64,000 bases of DNA from Verrucomicrobiota bacterium (GCA_039798785.1 JBDKFG010000006.1:32001-96000), one strand, 5' to 3'; counted from the stretch's first letter, positions 9,089-20,725 are shown. Translations and numbers: made by a program. Notes: generated from the letters alone by a model not told the origin.

Positions 9089-9660
9089 GGCAGCTTCGCT
9101 TTTTGGAAATCACTTGTCGATAAGATCACTCCCCCAGCCCTGACGAGATGACCGTCAAAACCGTCGCCACCGACCGCTGCGCCCGCCTTGACCTGAAGCG
9201 GCGCCTCTTTTAGCCACACCACCAGGGGCGAAACACAGATGTCATGAGCAAAGCCCAGCATCTCGCCATTCCAGGTGCCTTGATACACCGTCACCAGCTT
9301 CGTCTCCGGATCCTGTCGAACCAAACAGGTCGAATACTCTTGCGCATAAGCGACGCCCCGAATGAGATAAGGCTTGCGACCTTCAACTCCAGTGAAGCGG
9401 AAACCAGGACAGAAAATCTCGACCTCGACCGGAGTGAGCGCCTTCCAGGATTCTTTCTCCAGCATCTTTTCGCACAGCGCCCGTTGATCACAGGCCACCA
9501 AGGAAAGCTGCCCACGCCGTAAAACCGGCCAGGACTCGGTGTCGAGAGCGAGCGAGCTGGTGTAGACCCCCTCATCCCAGACATGTCTTTTATCGGAAAT
9601 CTGAGAGCAGGAGCCGAGTGTCAGGCTTGCGACGAGGAGGAGGCAGGCGTGGATTTTCAT
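9085..9660 (-). CDS. Hypothetical lipoprotein
   Basis: Internal start MKIHACLLLVASLTLGSC with a lipobox. The longer ORF call overlaps miaA and is rejected. Confidence 0.65.
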   Translation of the reverse strand: MKIHACLLLVASLTLGSCSQISDKRHVWDEGVYTSSLALDTESWPVLRRGQLSLVACDQRALCEKMLEKESWKALTPVEVEIFCPGFRFTGVEGRKPYLIRGVAYAQEYSTCLVRQDPETKLVTVYQGTWNGEMLGFAHDICVSPLVVWLKEAPLQVKAGAAVGGDGFDGHLVRAGGVILSTSDFQKAKLP

Positions 9661-9758
9661 TTTTATGGAATTCCTTGAGCCTTGAGTTTGATTGCTAATC
9701 AAGCTAGGCTCCAAGCGGACGCAATACAAGGAAGTCCGAATGGATCTAGCGGCTGCGA

Positions 9759-10667
9759 TCAAATCCGGCGCAGCAGGCTTTCTTCCAAGGCGGCCAGGTC
9801 CGAAGACGATGCCGGGCTGGCGAATTCGGCGCCGGGATGCTGGTGGCGGAACCAGGTGCGCTGGCGTTTGGCGTATTGGCGGGTAGCGATCAGGATCGCC
9901 TCTTCCAGATCGGCGCGGCTGAGTTCGCCACGGAGGTGACGGAGTATGTCCCGGTAGCCGATCGCCTGGGCCGCGGTAGGAGCTTGTTCGAGGCCTTGGG
10001 AGCGCAGCGTTTCGACCTCTTCGATCCATCCTTGCCGGAGCATTTCGCGAGCCCGGCCCTCGATCCTTTGGCGCGAGATGGCGGCATCCGGCAGGAGGAT
10101 GACTTGCAGGACGCCGGGAAGGGCTTGCGGCGAGAGCTGGCGTTGCGGCAGCGGGCCGCCGAGAAGCATCGCCGCTTCCAGGGCGCGGAGCAGGCGGCGG
10201 GGATTGCCGGCGCAGGCATCGACGGCGGCCGCGTCGATTTGGCCAAGCTCCAGCCACAGGGGGGCGGCACCTTCGGTTTCAAGACGGGCGCGGAGTTGGG
10301 TGGCTAGACCTGAGTCGTGTGGCAGCGATTGACCTCCGTAAAGGAGCATCTTGGCGTAGAGGCCGGTGCCGCCAACGAGGATCGGCAGGCGCCCCCGCTT
10401 GCGGATTTCCTCGATCCGGGGCTTGACCCGGTCGAGAAAATCCTGGGCGCTGAACTCCTCACTCAGGTCGAGCTCGTCGACGAGATGGTGCGCGATCTCG
10501 GAGAGCTCGTCTCGTCCGGGTTTGGCGGTGCCGATGTCCATGCCGCGGTAGATCTGCATCGAGTCGCAGGAAAGGATTTCGGCCCCGAGACGGCGGGCGA
10601 GGCGGAGAGACAGTTCGCTCTTGCCGGAGGCAGTGGGCCCGAGAATGACCAGCAGCTCAGGAGCCAT
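9759..10667 (-). CDS. miaA: tRNA dimethylallyltransferase
   Basis: GPTASGKS, DSMQIYRGMDIGTAKP, VGGTGLY, AIGY, TRQYAKRQRTWF. Confidence 0.97.
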   Translation of the reverse strand: MAPELLVILGPTASGKSELSLRLARRLGAEILSCDSMQIYRGMDIGTAKPGRDELSEIAHHLVDELDLSEEFSAQDFLDRVKPRIEEIRKRGRLPILVGGTGLYAKMLLYGGQSLPHDSGLATQLRARLETEGAAPLWLELGQIDAAAVDACAGNPRRLLRALEAAMLLGGPLPQRQLSPQALPGVLQVILLPDAAISRQRIEGRAREMLRQGWIEEVETLRSQGLEQAPTAAQAIGYRDILRHLRGELSRADLEEAILIATRQYAKRQRTWFRHQHPGAEFASPASSSDLAALEESLLRRI

Positions 10668-11238
10668 GGCCGGCGGCGGGCGGCTCATCGGGCTTCTTCT
10701 TGCGGCAGAAGACCTCCAGGGCGATGACCGAGATGACGGCGACGCAGATGCAGGCGTCGGCGATGTTGAAGACCGGATAATGGTATTTGCCACCTTCGGC
10801 CCAGGGCCAGGGGATGAAGACTTCGAACATGTCGACGACGCCTCCCTCGCGGAAGGCGCGGTCGAAGAAGTTGCCGATGACGCCGCCGAGGAAGAGTCCG
10901 CCGAGATAGCGGCGGATGCGGGAGCCTCCAGTGAGCTCGGCGAAATCGTAGATCACATAGAGGGCGCAGGCAAGCGAGATGCAGGCAAGCGCCGGAGTGA
11001 AGTCGCCGCCGAGGCCCCAGGCGGCGCCGGGATTGCGAACGTCGCGCAGATTGAACCAGCCGGGGATGACTTCGCGGATCGTAGTCCCCGGTGTGTCGTT
11101 GGTGGCTGCGACGGTCCAGAACTTTGAAGCCTGGTCGGCGAATATGCTGATCAGCATCACCAAGGCCGGCCCCCAGAGAAGCGCCTGGCGGGAGGCCGCC
11201 AGGCGTTCTTTGAAACTCTTGGCAGGGTTTTCGCTCAC
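10657..11238 (-). CDS. lspA: Lipoprotein signal peptidase II
   Basis: DQASK, NPGAAWG, GNFFDR, VVDM, FNIAD. GTG start overlaps the upstream stop. Confidence 0.95.
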   Translation of the reverse strand: MSENPAKSFKERLAASRQALLWGPALVMLISIFADQASKFWTVAATNDTPGTTIREVIPGWFNLRDVRNPGAAWGLGGDFTPALACISLACALYVIYDFAELTGGSRIRRYLGGLFLGGVIGNFFDRAFREGGVVDMFEVFIPWPWAEGGKYHYPVFNIADACICVAVISVIALEVFCRKKKPDEPPAAGHGS

Positions 11239-12191
11239 TCGGTGAGCTCCTCTTGCGGCTGTTCGTCGCCGTCCTTCTCGTCCTCGGCGAACATCGAGCC
11301 CCATACTAGGCTGCGGCCGCTGACCTGGCTTTCTTCGCGCTTGGTCTTGCATTTGACGCAGAGCTTGGCGTAGGGCATGGCCTCAAGGCGACCGAACTCG
11401 ATGGCGCAGCGGCAGTCGACGCAGGAGCCGAACTCATTGTTTTCGAGACGGCGGAGGGCTTCCTGGATGAGGATGTACTTGCGGCCGTCTTCGGAGGCGA
11501 TATCGAGATTCATCTCGCGGATGAAGTTGTCGGTACCGATGTCGGCGGAGTCTTCGCCGGCGGACTGGCTTGATTCCAGGCTGACGTCGGTCAGCATACG
11601 GTATTGTTCAAGCATTTCATCGCGGAGCTCGAGGAGGGATTTCTCGAACATCTGACGCTCGGATTTGGAGAAGGTGATCTTCGGGGCCGGCTCGCGAACC
11701 TTGGGGAGCTCGCTTTTGGTCTGAACCTTGGGCGCGGGCTTGCTTTCCTTGGCGGCGGCCTTGGCGGCGGGCGCAGGACTGACTTTGACGGCGACGGGTT
11801 TGGCGGCGGGAACAGGCGCGGGCTTGGCAACGGCCTTGGGCGCGGGCTTGGCAACGGCCTTAGGAGCGGGCTTGGCAACGGCCTTGGGCGCGGGCTTGGC
11901 AACGGCCTTAGGAGCGGGCTTGGCAGCGGCCTTGGGAGCGGGCTTGGCAGCGGCCTTGGGCGCGGGCTTGGCAGCGGCCTTGGGCGCGGGCTTGGCAACG
12001 GCCTTAGGAGCGGGCTTGGCAGCGGCCTTGGGCGCGGGCTTGGCAGCGGCCTTGGGCGCGGGCTTGGCAGCGGCCTTGGGCGCGGGCTTGGCAGCGGCCT
12101 TGGGCGCGGGCTTGGCAGCGGCCTTGGGAGCGGCCTTGGGAGCGGCCTTGGGAGCGGCCTTGGGAGCGGGTTTGGAATTCTTGGCTGCCAT
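11235..12191 (-). CDS. dksA: DksA/TraR C4 zinc-finger protein with histone H1-like Lys/Ala/Pro N-terminal tail
   Basis: C-terminal EDSADIGTD coiled-coil tip and CVDC...[15 protein letters not shown]-terminal PAPKA(A/V)AK repeats. Confidence 0.85.
   Translation of the reverse strand: MAAKNSKPAPKAAPKAAPKAAPKAAAKPAPKAAAKPAPKAAAKPAPKAAAKPAPKAAAKPAPKAVAKPAPKAAAKPAPKAAAKPAPKAAAKPAPKAVAKPAPKAVAKPAPKAVAKPAPKAVAKPAPVPAAKPVAVKVSPAPAAKAAAKESKPAPKVQTKSELPKVREPAPKITFSKSERQMFEKSLLELRDEMLEQYRMLTDVSLESSQSAGEDSADIGTDNFIREMNLDIASEDGRKYILIQEALRRLENNEFGSCVDCRCAIEFGRLEAMPYAKLCVKCKTKREESQVSGRSLVWGSMFAEDEKDGDEQPQEELTE
11815..12170. repeat. Coding tandem repeat, about 12 x 24 bp ([16 protein letters not shown]) plus 12-bp units
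   Basis: GGCTTGGCA(G/A)CGGCCTT(G/A)GG(C/A)GCG periodicity inside dksA. Confidence 0.92.
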
Positions 12192-12389
12192 GGAAATGCC
12201 TCCGGTGGAAATGATGGGGAGAGAGTGATCGAGCACCTTACCTCGATAGGATAGTCAACTCGCAGACGCAATGCAAGAAGAATTTCCGAAATTTGATGAC
12301 TGAATCTCTTCTTTCTTTTGCTTGGCGGCTAGGAAGAGCCGCTTATCTTGGGCCATCAGGCTCAAACACTCAGCTTCCGGAGAAACATC

Positions 12390-13817
<1,428 letters not shown>

Positions 13818-14015
13818 GTCGCCGACAGCCGCGACAGCCACTGAGGCCCAGCGACAGCCGCCTCAGCGCCGCCTGGAGCGAGCGTCGCCGCAGCCTGCCG
13901 CCCCCCTCGACTCATCCTCTGTATCTCGGCTCGCTGGCAGACCCGGACACTGAAGATCACGGCGATGGCGTCACAGCGCATCATCGATGACTCCGGCGGC
14001 TTCCCCGCAAGACTT

Positions 14016-15362
14016 TCAGCGAGTCCCGGATCCGGTGTCGCGCGTCCCCGTCCACGACGTCTTTTCGCCGCCGGGATTTCGGATCCAGCGGCCTGTGAAA
14101 CTCCGGGCGTCGGAGGACAGGCGGAGCTCGAAGGAGCCGGAAGCGCCGTTGTCGTTGAGCCATGTTCCCGACCAGAGGTCCTGGGTCATGCGGCCCTCCA
14201 GCCTGCCCGGATTGGGATAGCTGTAGGTGCCGATGAGTCGGCCGTCGGCGGTTCCGCCGATCCACATCGCGCCATAATCGGAAATCCAGCGCCCCCGGAA
14301 GTCACGGCCGCTGGCAGGGCTTTTGCTGCCGATCCAGGGATGCCGGGAGGCCTGCCCATGCCCGTTCCAGGTGCCGATGAAGAAGTCTTCTCCCGGCAGG
14401 AAGACGAAGCGCATGTCGCCACGGCTGCCGGATTCCCCTTCCCAGGTGCCGGCGAGCTCGCCGTCCAGGAAGCGGCCGGAAAGATGGCCGCGGGAATTCC
14501 CGTCACGGTAGCTGCCGGTGAACCGGTCGCCGCCGAGATGACGGAATTCGATCTGGCCGCTTGAACTGTCCCACAATCCGGCGACCGAGCGCGGGCTGGC
14601 ACCGGCGAGGACTTGACGGCTCGACAGCGACTCCCCTGCCGTCACTTCGCTGCGGCGTCCCTGGGTGCTGATCGCGACGCGGCCGCGGCTGACCGAAAGC
14701 AGGCTGTCGCCATCCCGGCTCCGGAGCTGGAAGCGCGTGCCGATGACTTCGATCCTTGCTTCGGCGGTGTCGATGAGGAAGGGGCGATCTTGCGGCGCCA
14801 TTTCGGCCAGCAGCTCCCCCTCCAGGGCGAGGGGCGATTCCGCCGAAGGACGGATCCGCAGCAGGGATTGCGGCGACAGGAGCAGTCGGCTGGCGTCGCC
14901 GGATGCGGGGCGGATTTCGACGGGACTCCTGCCGCTGCGGATCTGGTCGCCCGGGAGAAGGGAGGCGGTGCGGATCGGACGTCCCTCGCGGAGGATTTCA
15001 GCGTCGGCGGGGAGTGCGTCGACGAGGAAGTCGGCCGTCGCAGGAGCAGGTCGGAGGAAGAGGAGGCCGAGGGCGATGGCTGCCGCCGCCGCGGCGGCGC
15101 CGAAGATCAGGCGGAGGGGGCGGGCGGCGCTTCTCGCGGCAGGAAGACTGCGGGCTGCCGGGCGGAGGCGGGGAGCTTCCTCCGGCTTCTCGGCAAGGCG
15201 CAGAACCCCTTCCCTCAGGTCGATGAGAAAGTCGAGGCGGGCGAGGTATTCGCGCATCGCCTCCTCAGAACCGGAGATCAGCCTCTGCAGTTCGGCTCTT
15301 TCGCTTTCCTCAGCTTCTCCGGCCAGGCATTTCTCGATCAGGGTCTCTAGATCATTTTTCAT
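14016..15362 (-). CDS. FecR-domain anti-sigma factor with two C-terminal beta-rich repeat domains
   Basis: N-terminal anti-sigma helices, one TM segment, FecR motif (IEVIGTRF...VSRGRV). Directly downstream of an ECF sigma. Confidence 0.85.
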   Translation of the reverse strand: MKNDLETLIEKCLAGEAEESERAELQRLISGSEEAMREYLARLDFLIDLREGVLRLAEKPEEAPRLRPAARSLPAARSAARPLRLIFGAAAAAAAIALGLLFLRPAPATADFLVDALPADAEILREGRPIRTASLLPGDQIRSGRSPVEIRPASGDASRLLLSPQSLLRIRPSAESPLALEGELLAEMAPQDRPFLIDTAEARIEVIGTRFQLRSRDGDSLLSVSRGRVAISTQGRRSEVTAGESLSSRQVLAGASPRSVAGLWDSSSGQIEFRHLGGDRFTGSYRDGNSRGHLSGRFLDGELAGTWEGESGSRGDMRFVFLPGEDFFIGTWNGHGQASRHPWIGSKSPASGRDFRGRWISDYGAMWIGGTADGRLIGTYSYPNPGRLEGRMTQDLWSGTWLNDNGASGSFELRLSSDARSFTGRWIRNPGGEKTSWTGTRDTGSGTR

Positions 15363-15904
15363 GGAAGGGCTCCGGGGAAGGGCTTGCCGAGCGAGGATTC
15401 CTGGCGGGAGATGCAGCTTTTCAGGGCGGCCCGCAGGCGGTGGAGCTGCACCCGGACCTGTTCGTGAGAATGCTGGAAACGGACGGCGAGATCAATGCAG
15501 CTGAGCTTGTCGTGATAGCGCAGACGAAGCAGGTCCCGGTGCTTTTCGGGCAGCTGCGCCAGGCAGGTCGAGAGGGCGCTGATGCGGGTCTCGGAGACCG
15601 GGGTGCTGCTGGAGCAGTGCTGGGCCGCGAGCTCTTCCTGGGCCCGGTCGAGCAGCTGGCTGCCGCGCAGGAACTTGCGCTTCGAGTGAAGGATCTTGTG
15701 GCGGGCGACGCCGAAGATCCATCCTCGGAAGCCTTCACCTCCCGGCGGGAATTCCCCGAACTTCGCCCAGGCGGTGACCGCGACTTCCTGGACGATGTCG
15801 TCGACTTCGCTGAAATTCGGATGCAGGGCGCAGATGTAACGGAAGAGGGGGCCCTGCACCTCGGTGTAGAGCCTGAGAAACTCGCTGTGACGGTCTCCTT
15901 CCAT
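15359..15904 (-). CDS. ECF sigma-70 factor
   Basis: DDIVQEV, FRGWIFGVARHK, region 4 LLRLRY...VRVQLHRLR. Confidence 0.92.
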   Translation of the reverse strand: MEGDRHSEFLRLYTEVQGPLFRYICALHPNFSEVDDIVQEVAVTAWAKFGEFPPGGEGFRGWIFGVARHKILHSKRKFLRGSQLLDRAQEELAAQHCSSSTPVSETRISALSTCLAQLPEKHRDLLRLRYHDKLSCIDLAVRFQHSHEQVRVQLHRLRAALKSCISRQESSLGKPFPGALP

Positions 15905-16067
15905 CGACGTCTCCCGCCTTCTTTCGCAAGCCAAGTTCCCGGCGATGCAGGAATGTTACACGGTCATCGGCGGAATCCCTGCCCCGAATTTGGCATTTCC
16001 TCTGTTCCGCCCTAGCACCAGCCGCTCCGGCAGGTGTAGACTAGTGCAGCGACACGAGGTGGCATTT

Positions 16068-17354
16068 ATGGTCCGCGAGAACGATCCCTCAGACTCCCTG
16101 CTGCGCAGCTCGATCCTGCATTCCCCGCCAGCCCTGCTGGTGAAGATCCTGGACAGCCTCTCCTCCGAGATGACGGCGGCTCAGATCGCCGAGATCGTCG
16201 CCCTCGAGCCGGGCGTCTCGGCGCAGATCCTCCGCCTCGCCAACTCTTCTTTCTTCGGTCTCCGCGGCAAGGTGACGACGATCGACCGGGCGATTTCCGT
16301 GCTCGGCACCAAGATGGTGCGCAACCTGGTGATTTCGGCGGCACTGGCGGCGCACACTGCCCGGGTCACCCTGCACCATCTTGAAGCGTCGGTCTTCTGG
16401 CAGCACAGCTTCGAGACCGCGGAGTTCGCCCGCGAATTTGCCGTCACCGCCAAGATGAACGGCGACGAGGCCTGGGTTGCGGGGATCCTCCACGACCTCG
16501 GCAGGATCATCCTGCACGCCCACAAGAAGTCGCCGCCCGACTGGCTCGGTCGCCGCCATTCCCAGCACGAGATCGCGGAATGGGAATTCACCCAGTTCCA
16601 GGTGCAGTCCCCGGAGATCGGGCTGAAGCTGCTGAAGATGTGGAACATCCCGCCCCATCTGATCGACGCCATCGCCACCGCTCATGATCCGGCCCGGGCT
16701 TCGCTCCCCGGCAAGATCCTTTTTCTCGCCAAGGAATTCTCCGCCCTGTCCTCGCTCTCCGGCAGAAGCAGCCGGCTGCAGCCGCAGCTGGTGGCGCAGC
16801 TGCTCCACGAATGCGGCCTGAACGAGGGCAAATTCCTTCTCGCCGCCTCGCACCTGCCGATCACCGCCCGCCGCGCCCGCGACATCGCCCGCATGATCTG
16901 CAGCAGCAGCAGCGCGGCTCCCCGCCCGCGGCTGCCTAGCAGCCTCACCGTGGTCTCACCTCTTGAAGAGTCCCTGGCCCTCACCCTGCTGCGCCTCCAA
17001 GGCGCCGACCCCCAGTTGCGGACCCCTCGCGACCTGGTTCGGGCCATCGCCGCCCGCGAAGCCGCCGAGCGGGATGACGCCGAGGCTCCGCCGCTCTCCA
17101 AACCCTCCTCCTTCCTTGATTCGATCCTGATCCGCTTCGGCAAAGCCCCGCCACCACCGCCGGAAGAGGCCCCGCCTCCATTCTTCTGGCCGCGCGTCCT
17201 CATTCTCGATGGCGCCAGCCTCGAGGAAATCCCCGAGCCGATCCCCAACACCCGCGTCTTCAAGGTGGTCGATTCCCCCGCTGTCGCAGGTGAACTGCCG
17301 CGCTACTTCCGCATCGAGGACTTCGGCGACGATCTCGACTCTTCCAGGTTGTAG
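16068..17354 (+). CDS. HDOD domain protein
   Basis: EPGVSAQILRLANSSFFG, AISVLG, FWQHS, AGILHDLG, LLKMWNIP. Confidence 0.88.
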   Translation: MVRENDPSDSLLRSSILHSPPALLVKILDSLSSEMTAAQIAEIVALEPGVSAQILRLANSSFFGLRGKVTTIDRAISVLGTKMVRNLVISAALAAHTARVTLHHLEASVFWQHSFETAEFAREFAVTAKMNGDEAWVAGILHDLGRIILHAHKKSPPDWLGRRHSQHEIAEWEFTQFQVQSPEIGLKLLKMWNIPPHLIDAIATAHDPARASLPGKILFLAKEFSALSSLSGRSSRLQPQLVAQLLHECGLNEGKFLLAASHLPITARRARDIARMICSSSSAAPRPRLPSSLTVVSPLEESLALTLLRLQGADPQLRTPRDLVRAIAAREAAERDDAEAPPLSKPSSFLDSILIRFGKAPPPPPEEAPPPFFWPRVLILDGASLEEIPEPIPNTRVFKVVDSPAVAGELPRYFRIEDFGDDLDSSRL

Positions 17355-17432
17355 AGCGCCGGAGGCACGGCGTCCGCGGCAGAAAGTGCTATCCTCTCGC
17401 CCTTCAGTCAATCAGCTCAACAAGGTCTCTCC

Positions 17433-18620
17433 ATGGATGAAATCCTCCTCAAGCCCGGACGCGACAAAAGCGTCAAGGCACGCCACCCTTGGATCTTCGA
17501 AGGCGCGATCGAACGCGTCAAAGGCAGCCCAGCCTCCGGCGCCAATGTCCTGGTGCGCAGCTCCGAAGGCCAGGCTCTAGCCATCGCCGCCTGGTCGCCG
17601 AGCTCCCAGATCCGAGGCAGGGTCTGGACCGTGCAGCCGGAAGAGACGGTCGACGCCGACTTCTTCCGCCGCCGCCTGGTGCGCGCCCTCGGCCACCGCG
17701 AGCATCTGCCGGAACGCCGCTCTCTCAATGCCTTGCGACTGGTCAATTCCGAGGGTGACGGTCTGCCGGGCCTGATCGCTGACCTCTATGCCGATTGGCT
17801 GGTGGTGCAATTCCTCAGCGCCGGCGCCGAATTTTGGCGCGACACTCTGCTGAGCCTGCTCGCCGAGCTGCTTCCGGGAGTGTCGATCTATGAACGCAGC
17901 GACTCCGACGGGCGCCGCCGCGAAGGCCTGGAGCCGCGAAGCGGCCTCCTCGCCGGCAGCGAGCCGCCCGACGCCGTCGAAGTCAGCGAGGGGCCCTGGA
18001 AGCTCCTAGTTGACGTCAAACGCGGCCACAAGACCGGACTCTACCTCGACCAGCGCGACAACCGCGAGGCCGTCCGGCTCGCCTCGCAAGGCAAGGAAGT
18101 CCTTAACTGCTTCTGCTACACCGGCGGCTTCAGCGTCGCCGCCCTCGCCGGCGGCGCCAGCCGAGTCGAAAGCGTCGACGCTTCGGAGGACGCTCTCGCC
18201 CTCGCCCGCCGCAACTGCGAACTCAACGGCGGCGATCCGGCGAAGACGATCTTCACCTGCGCCGACGTCTTCCAGTTCCTCCGCCGCTGCCGCGACGCCC
18301 GCAAAACCTATGATGTCATCATCCTCGACCCGCCGAAATTCGCCGATAGCAAGGTCCAGGTAGACAAGGCTGCGCGCGGCTACAAGGACATCAACCTACT
18401 CGCCTTCAAGCTGTTGCGCCCCGGAGGCACGCTCTTCACCTACTCTTGCTCCGGCCTGGTCGAGACGCCTCTCTTCAAGAAGATCGTCAGCGATGCCGCT
18501 CTCGACGCCGGCCGCGAAGCCCTGGTGGTCCGCCGCCTGTCGCAATCGGCCTGCCACCCGGTGCCGCTTTCCTTCCCGGAAGGCGAGTACCTCAAAGGTC
18601 TCCAGATCGCCTGTCCGTAA
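17433..18620 (+). CDS. rlmI: 23S rRNA m5C1962 methyltransferase (RlmI-like)
   Basis: PUA-like HPWIF, SEGDGLPGL, GHKTGLYLDQR, FCYTGGF, DPPKF, SCSG, EGEYLK. Confidence 0.9.
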   Translation: MDEILLKPGRDKSVKARHPWIFEGAIERVKGSPASGANVLVRSSEGQALAIAAWSPSSQIRGRVWTVQPEETVDADFFRRRLVRALGHREHLPERRSLNALRLVNSEGDGLPGLIADLYADWLVVQFLSAGAEFWRDTLLSLLAELLPGVSIYERSDSDGRRREGLEPRSGLLAGSEPPDAVEVSEGPWKLLVDVKRGHKTGLYLDQRDNREAVRLASQGKEVLNCFCYTGGFSVAALAGGASRVESVDASEDALALARRNCELNGGDPAKTIFTCADVFQFLRRCRDARKTYDVIILDPPKFADSKVQVDKAARGYKDINLLAFKLLRPGGTLFTYSCSGLVETPLFKKIVSDAALDAGREALVVRRLSQSACHPVPLSFPEGEYLKGLQIACP

Positions 18621-18630
18621 ATCCCGGACC

Positions 18631-20679
18631 TCAGTTCCCGGGCCTCCGACGAATCAGCAGGCTGGCTCCATCGGCCGGAATCTGCATGAAGATCTCGTCC
18701 TCGCCCGCGGCATTGCGGCCGGGGCGCAGAGGCAGGTTCCTCCAGGCGTCGTGATAGACCGCGCCCTCGACATGCGGAAGTCGCAAGACCAGGCCATCGA
18801 CCTCCGGACCGGCATTGAGCAGGGTCCAGACTTCTTCGCCTGGCGTCGAGAATCGATTGGCTGCGATCTGGCGATTCTGCGTCGGCACCAAGGGTTCCGG
18901 AGCATCGCACATGAAGGCTTCGGCGTGCTGGCGGAGCAATCCCGAGGTCTTGCGGATCAGCTCCAGGCAGGCGGGAGAGAACTGCGTCTGCGCCCTGCCG
19001 GAGAGGTAGAGGCCTTCGCCGTTGAAGAAGGCGGCGCGGACGGCGGCGAGGTTGTCGCCGACCCCGGCTTCGGAGACGAGCTCGAAGGTCTTGAAATCCG
19101 GCAAGGCGAAACGAGTCATGTTGACGGGGTGGCGGATGCCTTTGTCGAGCGACTGCTTCACCGAGGCGGTGTAGGCGCCGTCGCTGTAGCGGTTGATGAC
19201 GTCGCTGGGGATTTCCTCGGTGTAGATGACCGCCGAGGCGCCGATGGCGGCGCGCACTTCCCGCAGCATGGCCAGCTCGCCTGCGAGCATGTTCTCTCCG
19301 GGCTTGTGCAGGGCGGCATGGGCGGGGTTGTGGCACTTGTACTGAGTCAGGAAGCCGTACTGGTCGACATAGACCCCGGCGGCGCCGGTTTCATCCCGGG
19401 CCCTGCGGATGCAGCCGGCGAGGTGGCGTCGCCACTGCGGGAGATGCGGGCACATGGTGGCATAGCCGCCGCCCCACGCGTCGACCGCCTTGCCTGCAGC
19501 ATCAAGCATCCGCCAATCTGCAGCGTGGAGTCGGTTGACTTGAGATTCGGGGGAAGCCAGATAGCCCTCGAAATACAGGCCGGTAGGGATTCCCTTGGCG
19601 GCCAGCTGGGTGATCTCATGCTTAAAGGCCGGAGCTCCGCCGAGATGTTCCCAAGGAGAGTAGTCGCCGACGCGGCCGGCGGCAGGAGTTTGCGACCAGT
19701 CAAAGAAATGGGCGAAGTCGACGCTGCCGAAATCGTCGCAATCCCGCCGGAGCACCTCGGCGAGCTTCCATTGGCGGCTGACGACGTCGAAGATGCCGCT
19801 GTTCAGCTCGGGCGAGTTGTAAAGGTAGTAGACGCGGAAGTTGAAGGCGCTGCGGAAGGCGTGGGAGCGCGGCGCCTCCGGACGGCGCCAGGTGTCGCAC
19901 CAGCGGCGATAGGCGCGGAGACCGGAGTGCCAGGAACCTCTCTCGGCACCGAGGAGAAGCGACGGCAGCTCCCAGCGCTCGCCGGGAGCGAGGCTGCGGA
20001 CTTCATGCTCGACCTGGAGATGGAGTCCGGCGGCATCTTTGTCGATCCCGAAGGTTTTGCGGCGGTTGCTCTGATCGCAAAGAACGAGATAGACGCTGCC
20101 GCGATCGGGGTGATCGGCGGCGAGAAACTGGGTCGGGAACATGCCGCCGTACCAGGCCCGGTCGCTGAGCGGCTCGGTGCCGATGCGAGCCGAACGCGAC
20201 GGGAAGCAGTAGCGCATGGCCGAGACGTCGTCAGGCCCGTTGCCCTTGAGACGCAGGGACGGGAAGCTCGGAGACAGCGAGACGGCTTGATTCGTCCGGT
20301 TGATCAGCACCAGCTTGAGCAGGATCCCTCCTGGCTGCTTCGTCTGGGTCAGCACCGCCTCGACGCCATTGACTCCGTGCAGGTCGAAGACCGGGCCCCC
20401 GGTCTGCCAGGGCTTGAGACCGGCGACGCCAAGAGACGGGATCTCGCCGCCGGGCCTGACTAGAATCTCGACCTCGCCGAGCGGCGCGGCGGCGGGCGGA
20501 CGGCGGACCTCGTCTCGTCCGCCCGCAGGCGCCGGCTCGGCGTCTCTTCCGCCGAGGATGCATCCGGCCAGGACGCCTCCGAGGAGCAGCAACGTCCAGA
20601 CGATGGCGATCAGGCTTCCTGCTCCGGATGAGCGGCGCGCTGGCTTGCGGGACTTCCTGGTGGCGGGTTTGGGATGCAT
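18631..20679 (-). CDS. Membrane-anchored putative glycoside hydrolase-like protein (DUF6259-like)
   Basis: N-terminal TM segment, beta-sandwich, then TIM-barrel-like core with GIPTGLYFEG, MCPH, GVYVDQYG, IYTEE. Family call is tentative. Confidence 0.6.
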   Translation of the reverse strand: MHPKPATRKSRKPARRSSGAGSLIAIVWTLLLLGGVLAGCILGGRDAEPAPAGGRDEVRRPPAAAPLGEVEILVRPGGEIPSLGVAGLKPWQTGGPVFDLHGVNGVEAVLTQTKQPGGILLKLVLINRTNQAVSLSPSFPSLRLKGNGPDDVSAMRYCFPSRSARIGTEPLSDRAWYGGMFPTQFLAADHPDRGSVYLVLCDQSNRRKTFGIDKDAAGLHLQVEHEVRSLAPGERWELPSLLLGAERGSWHSGLRAYRRWCDTWRRPEAPRSHAFRSAFNFRVYYLYNSPELNSGIFDVVSRQWKLAEVLRRDCDDFGSVDFAHFFDWSQTPAAGRVGDYSPWEHLGGAPAFKHEITQLAAKGIPTGLYFEGYLASPESQVNRLHAADWRMLDAAGKAVDAWGGGYATMCPHLPQWRRHLAGCIRRARDETGAAGVYVDQYGFLTQYKCHNPAHAALHKPGENMLAGELAMLREVRAAIGASAVIYTEEIPSDVINRYSDGAYTASVKQSLDKGIRHPVNMTRFALPDFKTFELVSEAGVGDNLAAVRAAFFNGEGLYLSGRAQTQFSPACLELIRKTSGLLRQHAEAFMCDAPEPLVPTQNRQIAANRFSTPGEEVWTLLNAGPEVDGLVLRLPHVEGAVYHDAWRNLPLRPGRNAAGEDEIFMQIPADGASLLIRRRPGN

Positions 20680-20725
20680 TTTGACTTGTCTTGTGTTGAG
20701 GGTTCTTCCACAGTATATTTACTCC

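Noticed and set aside
11591..12271. Alternative-frame ORFs with [12 protein letters not shown] or PRPLPS repeats
   Set aside because: Shadows of the 24-bp coding repeat in dksA; only the dksA frame has a recognisable domain.
15935..15962. TGTAACA on the minus strand as an autoregulatory ECF -35 element
   Set aside because: Single occurrence with no second copy to define a -10 or spacing; not supportable.
18493..20463. Long antisense ORFs (also 12255-13841, 46202-48193, 54175-56424, 58043-60187, 61704-63431)
   Set aside because: They mirror real genes in a high-GC genome and have no motifs.
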